Shown: positions 1 through 24,423 of the stretch, piece by piece
How the letters are laid out: each line of letters starts with the position of its first letter
How positions within the stretch are numbered: the first letter of the stretch is position 1
Assembly (NCBI RefSeq): GCF_009914755.1
Contig: NC_060926.1
Strand: one strand, 5' to 3'
Length of the DNA: 64,000 nucleotides
Origin: the human T2T-CHM13v2.0 reference genome, Homo sapiens
Program-made: the position numbers and the translations under genes
The notes under the pieces: model-generated
Database searches by the model: none
What the model saw: only the letters and a program-made list of their open reading frames with translations
Told to the model about the DNA's origin: nothing

Positions 1-55
1 TCAAAAAAGAAGAAGAAGAAAAAAAAACCTCTGGAACCATAACTATTTAAAAAGA

Positions 56-356
<301 letters not shown>

Positions 357-644
357 TCAAGAATAATGCAAGACATGGGAGAACCATAAATCAGAGTTAG
401 AAAAACTCTGAAATGTGATTTGACAGGATTCAGAATAAATTTAGAAATGAAAGGAAAAGTAATTTCAAAAAGGAAGACTAAATTGAAAGAACACTGGAGT
501 GACTTAACACAGCAGATGCCTTAAGAGAAATAGAAGGTGAAAAGGAGGAAATTATGAAAAATTGAAATGAAATTTTAAAAGAGATGAAAACAATTCAAAG
601 AAAGAGAAAATTACAAATATTTGTAATTTTATGAAGATAGGCAA

Positions 645-2969
645 TGTATTAGGGTTCTCCAGAGGGTTCTCCAGAGGGACGTATGTATATATGAAAAGGA
701 GTTTACTAGGGAGAATTGGCACACACCATCACACGGCGAAGTCTCATGATAGGCCGTCTGCAAGCTCGGGGAGAAAGAAGCCAGTAGCGGCTCAGTCTGA
801 GTCCAAAAGCCTCAAAAGCAGGGAAGCTGACCGTGCAGGCTTCAGTCTGTGGCCAAAGGCCCTAGAGCCCCCAGCAAACCATTGGTGTAAATCCAAGAGT
901 TTAAAGGCCAAGGAACCTGGAGTCCGATGTCTAAGGGCAGGAGGAATGAACAGAAGCATCTAGCACAGGAGAAAGATGAAAGCCAGAAGACTCAGCAAGC
1001 CAGCTTATCCCACCTTCTTCCCACTGCTTTGTTCCAGCCACCGAGCAGCGGATTGGATGGTGCCCACCCACATTCAGGGTGGGACTTTCTCTCCCAGTCC
1101 ACTGACTCAAATGTCAGTCTCCGCTCCCTCTCCCTCTCCCTCTCCCTCTCCCTCTCCTTCTCCCTCTCCCCACGGTCTCCCTCTCCCTCTCTTTCCACGG
1201 TCTCCCTCTGATGCCGAGCCGAAGCTGGACGGTACTGCTGCCATCTCGGCTCACTGCAACCTCCCTGCCTGATTCTCCTGCCTCAGCTTGCCGAGTGCCT
1301 GCGATTGCAGGCGCGCGCCACCACGCCTGACTGGTTTTCATATTTTTTTGGTGGAGACGGGGATTCGCTGTGTTGGCCGGGCTGGTCTCCAGCTCCTAAC
1401 CGCGAGTGATCCGCCAGCCTCGGCCTCCCGAGGTGCCGGGATTGCAGACGGAGTCTCGTTCACTCAGTGCTCAATGGTGCCCAGGCTGGAGTGCAGTGGC
1501 ATGATCTCGGCTCGCTACAACCTCCACCTCCCAGCCGCCTGCCTTGGCCTCCCAAAGTGCCGAGATTGCAGCCTCTGCCCGGCCGCCACCCCGTCTGGGA
1601 AGTGAGGAGCGTCTCCGCCTTGCCGCCCATCATCTGGGATGTGAGGAGCCCCTCTGCCTGGCTGCCCAGTCTGGAAAGTGAGGAGCGTCTCTGCCCGGCC
1701 GCCATCCCATCTAGGAAGTGAGGAGCGCCTCTTCCCGGCCACCATCACATCTGGGAAGTGAGGAGCGTCTCTGCCCGGCCGCCCATCGTCTGAGATGTGG
1801 GGAGCACCTCTGCCCTGCCGCCCCGTCCGGGATGTGAGGAGCGTCTCTGCCCGGACGCCCCGTCTGAGAAGTGAGGAGACCCTCTGCCTGGCAACCGCCC
1901 CGTCTGAGAAGTGAGGAGCCCCTCCGCCCAGCAGCCACCCCGTCTGGGAAGTGAGGAGCGTCTCCGCCCGGCAGCCACCTCATCTGGGAGGGAGGTGGGG
2001 GGGTCAGCCCCCTGCCCGGCCAGCCGCCCCATCCGGGAGGGAGGTGGGGGGGTCAGCCCCCCGCCCGGCCAGCCGCCCCATCCGGGAGGGAGGTGGGGTC
2101 AGCCCCCCGCCTGGCCAGCCGCCCCATCCGGGAGGTGAGGGGCGCCTCTGCCCAGCCGCCCCTACTGGGAAGTGAGGAGCCCCTCTGCCCGGCCAGCCGC
2201 CCGTCCGGGAGGGAGGTGGGGGGGTCAGCCCCCTGCCCGGCCAGCCGCCCTGTCCGGGAGGTGAGGGGCGCTTCTGCCTGGCCGCCCCTACTGGGAAGTG
2301 AGGAGCCCCTCTGCCTGGCCAGCCGCCCCGTCCAGGAGGGAGGTGGGGGGGGTCAGCCCCCCGTCTGGCCAGCCGCCCCGTCCGGGAGGTGAGGAGCGCC
2401 TCTGCCCGGCCGCACCTACTGGGAAGTGAGGAGCCCCTCTGCCCGGCCACCACCCCGTCTGGGAGGTGTACCCAACAGCTCATTGAGAATGGGCCATGAT
2501 GACAATGGCGGTTTTGTAGAATAGAAAGGGGGGAAAGGTGGGGAAAAGATTGAGAAATCGGATGGTTACCGTGTCTGTGTAGAAAGAGGTAGACATGGGA
2601 GACTTTTCATTTTGTTCTGTACTAAGAAAAATTCTTCTGCCTTGGGATCCTGTTGATCGGTGACCTTACCCCCAACCCTGTGCTCTCTGAAACATGTGCT
2701 GTATCCACTCAGGGTTGAATGGATTAAGGGCGGTGCAAGATGTGCTTTGTTAAACAGATGCTTGAAGGCAGCATGCTCCTTAAGAGTCATCACCACTCCC
2801 TAATCTCAAGTACCCAGGGACACAAACACTGCAGAAGGCCGCAGGGTCCTCTGCCTAGGAAAACCAGAGACCTTTGTTCACTTGTTTATCTGCTGACCTT
2901 CCCTCCACTATTGTCCTGTGACCCTGCCAAATCCCCCTCTGCGAGAAACACCCAAGAATGATCAATTAA

Positions 2970-3006
<37 letters not shown>

Positions 3007-3126
3007 TTAAAAAAAAAAAAGTCAGTCTCCTCTGGCAACACTTTCACAGACACACCCAGAAACAATACTTTACCAGCTATCTAGGCATCCATCTCATCAA
3101 GTTGACACCTAATATTAACCACCACA
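645..3126 (-). mobile_element. MLT2B-like ERVL solo LTR, split by the SVA insertion (segments 645-1122 and 3021-3126)
   Basis: Starts tgtattagggttctccagaggg and ends ...gttgacacctaatattaaccaccaca (TG...CA termini). Flanked by 5-bp ggcaa (640-644) / ggaaa (3127-3131). Subfamily assigned by recall. Confidence 0.75.
1123..3020 (+). mobile_element. Full-length SVA retrotransposon (likely SVA_D-F group)
   Basis: (CCCTCT)n head, antisense Alu-like domain, GC-rich VNTR (ccccgtccgggagggaggtggggggg units), SINE-R, and a (TAA)n/poly-A tail. TSD gtcagtctcc at 1113-1122 and 3021-3030. Confidence 0.97.
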
Positions 3127-3589
3127 GGAAAGTAAGACTCAGCACACAGTAAATGGAAATCCCTGAAGGGGAAAATCAAAACAAGGGAACAGCCTGAATA
3201 CCATGGGGAGGCCTGTGTGGTGAGGCACTGAGTCCCCAGACCCTCCAATCAGCAGGGAACTGAGGCCTCCTGCCAACAGCCCCCCAGAAGAGGTCTGCCT
3301 GTGGGTATGCCAGCCCCAGCCAGGTCTTTAAATGACTGTGATCCCTTCATTATAGCCCCTTTGTAACCTCATGAAGGTCCCTGAGCCAGAGCCATTCAGC
3401 TACGCTACTCCCAAATTCCTGATTTCAGAGGCTATCAGATTAATAATGTTTAGCATTTGAAGTCACTACGTTTTGGAGTGTTTTTTTGTTTTTTGTTTTT
3501 GTTTTTGTTTTTTAACACAGCAATAGATAACTAATAAAATTAGCATTAAGGAAACTTCCAGTATGAGACCTTTTCAAATATCCCTGCTA

Positions 3590-6480
<2,891 letters not shown>

Positions 6481-6935
6481 TTATGATGCTTGATGTGGAG
6501 GGTGTCCAAGCCTGAGTAGGGGTGGGAAGAGCATCTGCATAGGATGTAGGAGCCTGAATGGGGTGAGGAGGTCATCTCCATGGAAGGGCGATCCAGGACA
6601 GGGTGTCAGAGCCCAGAAAGATGGACAAGGACATCTACATGTTAGGTGGTCTTGGGTGGTATGTTGATGCACCAAGAGGGAAAGAAAATGTTCGTATGTG
6701 ACACAGATGTCAGGCACCAAAGGAGTGAGGAGAGCTTTGACATCAGGGATGACCCAGCAGAGGGTGTCAGAACCCAAGTGGAATTAGAAGAACATTTATA
6801 GAAGTTTTGGGAAGGAGGGAATGTGGCAGTGACAGGATATTGGTTAACATGCAAAGGGATTTATATAGTGAGTAAATGGATTGAAGAAAATGGGAACCAG
6901 GTTTCTCACTATTGGAGAAAGAAGTTAAAAATATG

Positions 6936-7230
6936 GGCCAGTCACAGTGGCTCACGTCTTAATCCCCATAATCCCAGCACTTTGGGAAGCTGAGGTAGGA
7001 TCACTTGAGCCCGGGAGTTCAAGAACAGCCTGGGCAACATGGTGAAACCCCATCTCTACAAAAAATAAAAATAAGCTGGGTGGGATGGCAGATGCCTGTA
7101 GTCCCAGCTACCTGGGAGGCTGAGGTGGGAGGATGGCTTGAGTCCAGGATATCAAGGCTGCAGTGAGCCATGTTCATGCTACTGCACTCCAGTTTGGATG
7201 ACAGAGAGAACCCCTGCTTCAAAAAACAAT
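6936..7230 (+). mobile_element. Alu (AluJ-type) within old L1M sequence
   Basis: Alu dimer with J-type motifs (gggaggatggcttgagtccagg, gtgagccatgttcatgc). Confidence 0.88.
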
Positions 7231-8055
7231 CCACCCCCTCCACCACCAAAATGGAAAGAGATGAAACTAGAGTGAATGCTGGAGTATTGGATTAGAATTA
7301 GAGGTATTAGTGTGAACTTAAAGTTTTCAGTATACATAGATGGATATAGAAGTGTGTGTGTGGAGTATATTTCTTAGGGCTGTCCACTGAGTGGGGCTAG
7401 GAAGAGCAACACCCCAATAGCAATGAGCATATCTAGCATCCAGATCTTAGTTTCTAAACACCTTTCTTTCCTAACAGGAACCAGGGCTCCTTAGAGAAAT
7501 GGTTGGTTCTAGGCCTGAAGGAAGGAAAAATACAAGATAAACCTAGAATACTTTACTGTGCCAGAGAATGAAGAAATGCTGAAAGAATAATATCTATTCT
7601 GTCAAAGAGACATAGAAACTAGCTTGAAGGAGCTCCCATTGGCCAAATCTGGGACAATTTGAGCATTGAAATAAGGATAGTAACAGATTATAACACATTA
7701 AATAAAATGGGAATCCACGAATCCATTTGATAAAAATAAATAATTCAAAATTTTATGAGTAATTTTACTTAGTTTCAAAGCATCTTGCCAAGGGAAAAAG
7801 TGTGACTTTACAGTGGAGAAGCTAGCAGATACCATACCATCTTCATCAAGTGATCAAGGTTAAAATCACCAATGAAGAGACATTAACAGCTAAGCGCAAT
7901 GTGGGATCCTGGATTGGTTCAAGGAACTGAAAAATAACATTAGTGGGACAATTGGTGAAATTTGAATAGATGTGTAGACTGTTTAGCAGTAATATTTCAA
8001 AGTCAGTTTCTTGTTTTGATCATTAATTACATTGTGGTTGGCAGGAAAAAGTCCT

Positions 8056-8340
8056 TGCAATGCACTGAATGTTTATGTTCCCCCGGCCCCCAAATTCATT
8101 TGTTGAAATCCTAACCCCCAAGATGATGATATTAGAAAGTGGGGCCTTTGGGAGGTGAGTAAGGTTACAATGGAAAGATAGCTGTCTGTGAGGAATTGGG
8201 CCCTTAGCAGACAAGAAAGCTGCCAGGACCTTGATCTTGGACTTCCCAGCCTCCAGAATTTTGAGAAACAAATTTCTGTTATTTATAAGCCACCCAATTT
8301 ATGCTAGTTTGTTATAGCAGCTTGAATGAGCTAAGACATT
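8056..8340 (+). mobile_element. MLT1A/B-like MaLR LTR
   Basis: gaatgtttatgttccccc...gttgaaatcctaacccccaa...ggacttcccagcctccagaa...ttgttatagcagc...ctaagaca. Confidence 0.75.
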
Positions 8341-8889
8341 CTTTGTGGTAGGAAATGCATTCTAAAATATTCATGAATAATGAGGCATCATGTTGACAAC
8401 TTATCCTCAAACAGGTTAAGCAAAAATGTTCTTTATACTGTTTAAAAAAAAAAGGAAAGATATAATTATTCTGGACTTGGGAGAATGTTTATCTGATGTG
8501 CTGGTGCATGAAGCAGGGAGGGCTGCATTACTTCCTGGAGGAATGAAGTCTTACCCAGAATGATGCTTTTACTGTAATCTGTGCAGGCTCTAACTGTGAA
8601 TTCCTTGAGGGTAGGGCCTGTGTTATTTAAAGGTGAAAGAATAGGCTTTGTGGGGCCTGAAGGTTATACATTCAGGAGGGCTCTTCTTAAGAAAGAGATT
8701 ATAAAATTACGAGTATAATATTAGGCAGTAAAATGATTATTTATTTAGGACAAGAAAAGAAATCATGTCAAATTATAACTTCTATAAAGCTCACAAATAT
8801 TGCAAACACCACAAAATCCATAAAAAAAAAAACCCTCTTTGATTGGTTAACTGCTTAGCCTATCCCTCTATAATACTTTTTGGGTTTTC

Positions 8890-9180
<291 letters not shown>

Positions 9181-9825
9181 CTGTAACACTTTTTTTTAAA
9201 CACATTTCTTGGCTTCATACTCTGTGATTACATCTTCATATGATATCAATTTGATAATATCCGCATCTTAAACTAAAAATACAATTCAGTCTTTCCTCTA
9301 GCATGGGCGATCAAAATTTGTTTTAAAAAATTATTATTCATAGCTTTAAAAAATTTGCTTTGGTTTCAAAAACTCATTGATAATGTTACATAAATGTTTA
9401 AGATTGTTATCTAGTTTGGGAAACTGCTACCAAGTTTCTTCCATATATGAGCTGTATGACTTAAAGACATAACCGACTATATTCCTGACAAGTAAGAAGT
9501 TCCATTTTTTTGTATGAGAACTGAATTCTCCATGTACAATTTTACACACCCAATAATTAAAGGAGCCTTCCACAGATAAGTGTCTGGCGCCACACATTTC
9601 AAACCTTGTTTGCCTTCCTTACTCAGACACTTCTGGTGCTGGGCATTGTAGGACATACCCATTTTGCAACACAACCTCTTATCCTACTTTGCTTCATGAT
9701 GCTGGGTCAGGTGGCAAAGCGAGTAGGCACTGGTCATATCCCTAGAAGACACTCTCATACCAGTATATCAAGCAATAATTAACTACACATAGGAACATTT
9801 GCAGAATATACAACTAGAGCTCACT

Positions 9826-10290
9826 ATATAGATTGAATCGTGGCCTCCCAAAAAGATACATTTGTGTCCTAACCTGTAGAACCTGCAAATGTGACCCAAC
9901 TTGGTAAAAGATTTTTGTAGATTTAATTATCTTGAGATAATGATCATCCTGGATTTAGAGTGGGCTCTAAATCTAGTGACAGTTGTCTTTAAAAATCTTC
10001 TTTTAATAAAAAATAATTTTTTTTAGAGACAGGCAAGAGAGCCACAGAAGAGAAAGTGATGTGAAGACAGAAGCAGGGATTGGAGTGATCCATCTACAAG
10101 CCAAGAAATACCAATGGTTGCTGCCAGCCACCAGGATCTAGGAGAGTGGCATGGAACAGATTTTCCCTTAGAGCTTCCAGAAAGAACTAACCCTGTCAAC
10201 ACTGTGATTCTGGACAGTGAGAGAGAAATTTCTATTGTTTTAAGCCATCAAGTTTGTGGTAATTTGTTATGGCAACCGTAGGAAACATCA
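9826..10290 (+). mobile_element. MLT1C/D-like MaLR LTR
   Basis: gattgaatcgtggcctcccaaaaagatac...gtgatgtgaagacagaagcagggattggagtgat...tttgtggtaatttgttatggca. Confidence 0.75.
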
Positions 10291-10579
10291 CCCAGTAAAT
10301 CCAAATTAAATATTATCCCAATTTTTGCTTGATACCAGAAATGGCTGTAGTGTTTCAACACCCTCTAGCATAAGAGAATTGTAACAGGGGAAGCTGGTGT
10401 GGAAACAGACAGCAGTCTGAACCAGTTTGGACAAAAATACTGGTCTTGCAAATTTTAGAAAAAGCACACAACCTCTGAACACATGACTAGGGCCCCTTCC
10501 AGGAACTTAGAAGGGGCCCGGCCGAGGGAGAGTCCCTGAAGCTTATGTTTAATACATTTTACAGAAGAGCTGCCTCGGT

Positions 10580-10790
10580 GTAGGAAGCAGTGTAGTGTTG
10601 CGAAGACAAGCTCTGGAGCCAGACACCCTGGGTTCAAATCCCAATTTCGCAACTGTCTAGCTGTTGACTTGAGAGAAGTTACTTAGCCTTTCTGCGCCCC
10701 AATTTCTTCCTTCGTAAAATATAAATGGCAGTAGCACTATCTGCCTCATAGGGTTGTTTACCTGGTGAAGTAACATGATACACATAAGGC
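10580..10790 (+). mobile_element. MIR SINE
   Basis: gctctggagccagacaccctgggttcaaatccca...agaagttacttagcctttctgcgccccaatttc. Confidence 0.8.
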
Positions 10791-10799
10791 ACATTGTAT

Positions 10800-10808
10800 A
10801 TCTCTATC

Positions 10809-10868
<60 letters not shown>

Positions 10869-10885
10869 CGTATCTATCTATCTAT
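10800..10885. repeat. (TCTA)n tetranucleotide microsatellite
   Basis: Long near-perfect tcta run with one tacg interruption. Confidence 0.95.
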
Positions 10886-10954
10886 GTCACACACAAAGAA
10901 CAGTATATGCCCCATGGTATGCACTCAAGATAACTTAACCACTTTATTATTTAT

Positions 10955-13075
<2,121 letters not shown>

Positions 13076-13077
13076 TA

Positions 13078-13570
<493 letters not shown>

Positions 13571-13639
13571 ATGTTTTAGTAGACTATTCCAACAGAAAGA
13601 TTTATATAAACTGAAAAAAGTAGGGCTCAAAACAGTAAT

Positions 13640-15110
13640 TACAGTTTACACTGCTTTATTTATGTGCAGGTGGAAGAATGTACACTGGGAACAGCACATG
13701 CAAAAGTCCTGGGCAGAAGCTGGTCTGGAGGATTTGAGGAACTGCAAGGAAGCAGCGATGACTAGAGAGGCATGAGGGAAAAAAAAGGCAGTAAATGAGG
13801 TCATGAAGATGATGGAAGGGGGCAAGGTCGGATTAGCTGGTTTGGTTCTCTATTTCTGCATGAGAAACTATCTCAAGTTTTGTGGCTTAAAACAACCACC
13901 TTTTTGTATCTCACAATTGGTGGATCAGGAATTTGGACAAAATTCAACTGGGCATTTTTTTCTGCTCTACTAGCATCAAATAAGGTCACTCTGATGTTCA
14001 CTGGCAGATGGGTTGGTCTGTAGGATTCCACGTGGTTTCACTCTCATGTTTGGTGCCTGGGGGAGATAGCTGGAAGGCTGGGTTCAGCTAGGCCCCTCTT
14101 CCTCTCCATGTAGTCTCAGGGCCTCTCCATGTGGTCTCTATTAGAATAGCTGGATTTCTTACATGGTGTCTGAAGGTTCCAAGAGCAAGTGTTTCAAGAG
14201 ACAGGAAATAGAAAATGCCAGTCTTCTAAGGCCTGGACACAGAAACAGACACAGTGGCACTTCTGCCATATTTCTAGTAGAGACGGGGTTTCACCACGTT
14301 GGCCAGGCTGGTCTCGAACTCCTGACCTCAGGGATCCACCTGCCTTGGCCTCCCAAAATGCTGGAATTACAGACATGAGCTACCGCGACTGGCCACTTCT
14401 GCCATATTTCATTGGTCAAAGAAGTCATGGAAAGGGAGATAGCAATATACCTTTCAATGGGAAGAGTGTCAAATAATTTGTGACTATCTTTAATCTACCA
14501 ATAGGCCCTTGTAGGTCATAGTAAAGACTTGGGATTTTCCTCTACCAGAGATGGGAGCCGTTGGAGGGTGTTAAACAGAAGAGTGACATGATCTGGCTTT
14601 CATTTTAACAGGACCACTCTATCTACCATTTTGAGAAAGCACTGCAGGTAGGGAAGAAGTAGGAAGAACCGTTAGGGGGCTATTGCAATAAACCAAGCAA
14701 GAGATAGTGGTGGCTTGGGCCAGGGTGGAGGCAAAGGAGGTAGTGAGCAGTGGTTGAATTCTGGATATATTTTGCAGGCAGAACCATCCAGATTTGCTGA
14801 TGCATTAAATATGGGCGTGAAATAAAAAGAGGAGTCAAAGATAACTCCAAAACATTCATCTGAGATTTAGTAAACTAGAATTACTGTTAACGGAGATGGG
14901 AGCAGCAGCAGGAGCAAGTGGGGAGGGAGTATCAGGAGTTGGTTTTGGCCATGTTGAAATGCCTATAATACATCCAAGTGGAGATCTCAAGTAGGTCTGG
15001 TGTTTAAAAGAGAGATCCAGGTTGGAGACGTAAATTTGAATGTCATCAACATATGGGTGAATTTCACCTAGAAAGAGGATACAGAGAGAAGAGCTCCAAG
15101 GACTGAGCCT
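13640..15110 (-). mobile_element. L2 LINE fragment interrupted by an MLT1-type LTR (~13830-14500)
   Basis: L2 motifs gggaacagcacatgcaaaagtcctg, aaacagaagagtgacatgatctgg, ggccatgttgaaatgcctataatacatccaagtggaga. MLT1 motif gtggcttaaaacaaccacc...ggatcaggaatttgg. Confidence 0.7.
14275..14394 (-). mobile_element. Tail-less Alu left monomer with perfect 17-bp TSD
   Basis: Runs from the Alu 5' end to ...gtctctacta with no right monomer or poly-A. cacttctgccatatttc is present at 14258-14274 and 14394-14410. Confidence 0.9.
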
Positions 15111-15372
15111 GGAGCCTCCGACTCCATCTTTTCCTCTTGCCAATCCCCCTTGGTGTCTCTGGTCACAAAAAAGTTGATATTTCAGATGTTGCTTCCAGGC
15201 CACTGCTCTTCCAGTCTTTTGTGAAAGCCTAAACTAAGATCATGCTGGGGAAGTGAAAGCTGCAGAGGTTTTTGGGAAGAGAGAGGCAGGAGCTGCGACA
15301 GGTGAGGGGTGATATCACCAAGCCTAGGAGGGGCCAGAGGCTGGCTTGCTAATGAGCATCAGGAGAGTGGCT

Positions 15373-19798
<4,426 letters not shown>

Positions 19799-21461
19799 TT
19801 ATATGGTGAAAGAGATTGTTGCAGATGTAATTAAAGTTATTAATCGGCCTTAAAATAGGAAATTTTCTGGAAATGTCCATTTTCTGGAAATGTATAGTCT
19901 TTGGAGGGAGAACAAAGTCTCCATACCAACTAAGACAGCATAACCTTCCACCTGCAATAGGATTCGTCTAAAAGTCAGATTTAATTAAAAAAAAAAAGTT
20001 AAAAGACAGTTCCTCGTACAAATTTGTACCGAGTAAATGAATGAATGGAAAAAATGAAAAGATGAATTATGACTGGATGTTCAATTACCCATTGAATTCC
20101 ACCAGGTGGGATAGAAAAACATTGTCCCATTGCAGAATAATACACAAACTACTTGAAAATAGCCTTGGAGTTTCTTTAAAAGGCAGGTGTGAACCATGCT
20201 GTAACCAGGTAATTGTGGTTTGATCAGAGCCCCAATCACTCCTTTGAGAAAGCTCCCCAAAGGCAGTCCAGACAAGAGGTCCTGTAGTCTTAGCCAACAA
20301 GAACTCAGGCAGCTTAAAGCTCAAACCCACCTCTGTCCCCATTTCTCCAGAGACACTGTGCTAATAGCCCTGATGATAACAAGCGGCTCTGTGTGCCTAC
20401 AGCTGCCTATTACACTTGTTGTGGACAAATGTGATTCAGAAGCATGATGGACGGTAAAGCATCAAATCTCTTATTTGAGCAGGAAGCTGATACCTAAGGA
20501 ATGCAGTCTTGCAGCAGCCCCGAAAGACTTGACAATTGTGCAGGCCTCAGGGAAATGACTTTTCCTTTAAGGAAGGGTCCTTGGAAGCTGATGAACTCCA
20601 AACACCAGCTATGGTTTGGACTGGGAGGTTTGAGAGGATCAGAACCCGGGTTGTGGTCCACAGTGCCTCTTCCAGATTTTGTCATTAACTGACAACCAGA
20701 TATCAGGGACTGCCTTCCTCATTTATTCAGACCAAACATGTATGCCCCTGAAGTTACAAATTTCCACAAGGAAAATCTCCAGGCAGGAAGTTCCATTCAT
20801 CAGGATATTTTTGCTTGCAAGAATTAGATTTGCAACTCAAATTACCTTAAGATTAGAAAAAAGGTCAGGGGGTGGGGGCAGTGTGGATTTATGGCGTCAT
20901 ACAACTGTATCAGGTTTAGCTGGATCTAGGGGCTAAAATTATGTCAGGAATCTGTCCCCCCCATCTGTTGACTCTGCTTTCCTGTGCATGACTTCAGGTG
21001 GCCTTTCTCCATGTGGGGACAAGAGAGTCACCAGCAGATCAAGGCTTTCATTCCACCAGCTTGACAACCTCAGAGGAAGGAAAGCCTCTCTTTCCCAACA
21101 GTTTCTCTAAAACTCCAAGAATTGAGTCTCATTGGCCTGATTTGGGTTACCAGCCCCTCCCTGAACCCTTGTCACTAGGATGGGAGCTGGCAAAGTCTAT
21201 GTCTTTAATCTATGTCTTGTGGAGGGCTTAGCCCCATGTAAGCCACATGGATTGAGAATGTGGGAGAAGTGGTTTCCCAGGAGGAAGTTAGGGTATTCCT
21301 ACCATGGAGTGGTGGGGCGGGAGGCTTGGCCAGAGAGACAACAGTGGTGCTCTCCAGAAAGAACAGGTGGGACCCAGCCATTTCCTAGAGTTTTCTCCTC
21401 CCTTTTAATTTTTTTCTTACAGGGATTTCATCTTGAGCCCACTCAAAGAAATTATGATTCC

Positions 21462-21803
<342 letters not shown>

Positions 21804-22324
21804 TTACAAAATTCCCCAGGTGGTTCTGCTGGGCAGAGTAGTTTAGGACCCAGTAATCTAGTGGACGACCTTACCCGCCTCTGCTCCCTACTCAAAAGCA
21901 AGTATATGTGGGGCTCTAGCTTATAAATTAGGAATGTCTTTTTACTCAAAGGAGGTCAACATAAAGAATTGTCTTTATATTTAGGAACCAGACAGAGGCA
22001 AGTGTAAATTAATGAACCTGCTTTGAAGCCCATCCCCCACCCGCCCCCAATTCTGGACAAATAGGAAGTCAACAAAAGGCCCCTGTCTAAGACGTCGGAG
22101 CAGTAAGCAGACCTACCACGATCTTCACACAGAAGTTACTCATAACCCTTATCATGCAGAGGGGGTAGGACCCTTTGTCACTGTGAGCAGGGGGTTGCTG
22201 AGGCCTGGTTCTACCTTGGGAACAGTGCTTATCATCACAGCCTGGGGTTGGACAAGGAAGGCCATGCACTGGAGCAAACACAGTTCCAGGTGCAGGAGCC
22301 AGACCCCAGTTAAAAATGAATTCT

Positions 22325-22626
<302 letters not shown>

Positions 22627-23515
22627 TGGATTCTAACTCTGTGTGCATATGAATTTAGGACAAGCTGGAGATGGATTAGCTGTGATGGTGGAAGGTGGAG
22701 GGGGGCGGGCAGGATTAGCCGAGTCATCAAATCCCATTATCTGTAACTGGCCCTAGGACACATCATTTTATTGCTATTTCTCACTATTTTTCATATCTCT
22801 GCCACCTATGCTGTACATTCTTTGAAGGCTGGAGCCCTACCTCACACCTTTTTGTGTTCCCACCACCTAGCCCAGTACTGTGTAGGCTACAGTTTCTCAA
22901 ATAGTATCTGCTCATGTGGTTTAATAATCTTATTGAACATTTTCCTCAAAGCCCTTGAAAAGCAGAATTGACTCTCCATAGAGTCTCTGGAGCTTTGGGG
23001 AGACCATGGGGTGTGGAATGAGTAGCCAGAGTACAGCTCCCAGAAAGCACGGTCAGGACTTGGGGCCAGCATGGAACCTGGCCCAGAATTAATATTCAGA
23101 GCTTCAGAAAATTAAAGTGGCCTGCAACAGGACCAGAAAAGGGGACCAGTGCCTAATATGCTGTCGGTCTTTATGACCCTAGGAAGCAAATCAAACCACC
23201 CCCAGGAACAGTCTGAGTAGCAGTGGGTATGAGCACAGTATCTGAGAGGAAAGCACAGATATAAATTTGGGTTTCAGAAACCAAACAAAAAGAAATGATA
23301 GTACCACCCTGGCCCTTTAATGAAAAATGTTCTAATGAGAAAAAAAATGCTAATGGCACGGGTCAGGCAAAGCTTTCCTCCTGCTCTGTAAAAATAATGA
23401 TGACAGTATAATTTGTTAACAATTAACATTTATGAACACCATGCACATGTGATATACAAGCATTGTTGAGCATTGCATGATTAAATAAAATCTTACAACC
23501 TTATGATGATAGTCC

Positions 23516-24423
23516 ATTTTTTTTTTTTTTTTTTGCCAGTTGGTAGAACTAGCTGAAGTTTTATTTTGGGGGGAAAAAACGGAATTGTTTTGTAGCTGGA
23601 GATATGGGCAAAGGAGGTGTCCCACGCAGTAAACTCCCCTGCAGGTGGGCTGAGGGCTAGGGCTGAGCCTCAGGTGGGTCTCCCATTCCCTGTGCTCCCC
23701 TGCACAGTGGCCTCCCTCCCGGACTCTGGGGCAGCCACAGAAGGGGCAGGCTGGGAGGGGCTGCCACAGCTATTCACTTGGGCAGGACGTCAGAGGACTC
23801 GGACACCAGCTTCCCATTTCCCATTGTGGGTCTCGATCTCCCCAACCATGGCCCTGGTGGAGCTGGTGCAGCTGAAGGAGCTGGAGCCGGCGCCAGAGCC
23901 AAAGCTGGAGCCCAGGCTGTAGCTGAGGCCAAGGGCTTGTGAGGCCCCCATAGGCTGAGCTCAGACCACCTGCATAGCCACTGGTGGTCTTCTTATGGAT
24001 ACTCACGTTCTGCATCCCAGACTCCAGACGGCTCTCCTCGCCCTCCAGCAGCTTCCTGTAGGTGGCGATCTCGATGTCCAGGGCCAGCTTCTGGTACTCA
24101 CCCAGCTGCGTGCCATGTCCTGCTTGGCCCGCTGCATGGCGGCCTCCAGCTCAGACAGCTTGGTGTTGGCATCTTTAATGGCCAGCTCCCCCCACTGCTC
24201 GGCATCTGCGATGGCGGCCTCCAGGGAAGCCCCCTGGCCTTTGAGGCCCTCAGTCTCAGCCTGGAGCCTGCTGATGTTCTGGTTCATCTCGGAGATCTGT
24301 CTTTGCACAACGCAGGTCATCCCCATGCTTCCCAGCCAGCGTCTGCAGCTCCTCATACTTGATCTGGTACGTGCTTTCAGCCTCAGCCCGACTGTGGATG
24401 GTGATCTCTTCCTACTGCACCTT
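23516..24423 (-). pseudogene. KRT8P30: 5'-truncated keratin 8 processed pseudogene (probably the annotated KRT8P30; number from recall)
   Basis: Minus-strand translations match the KRT8 rod 2B/tail ([63 protein letters not shown]; [28 protein letters not shown]). Intronless with frameshifts and a premature TAG. AATAAA at 23560-23565, poly-A at 23516-23534, degenerate TSD atagtccatttt / atggtccacttt. Confidence 0.92.

Noticed and set aside
1288-2961. Many ORFs within the SVA, and Alu-derived ORFs throughout the window
   Set aside because: Standard repeat-derived translations, not genes
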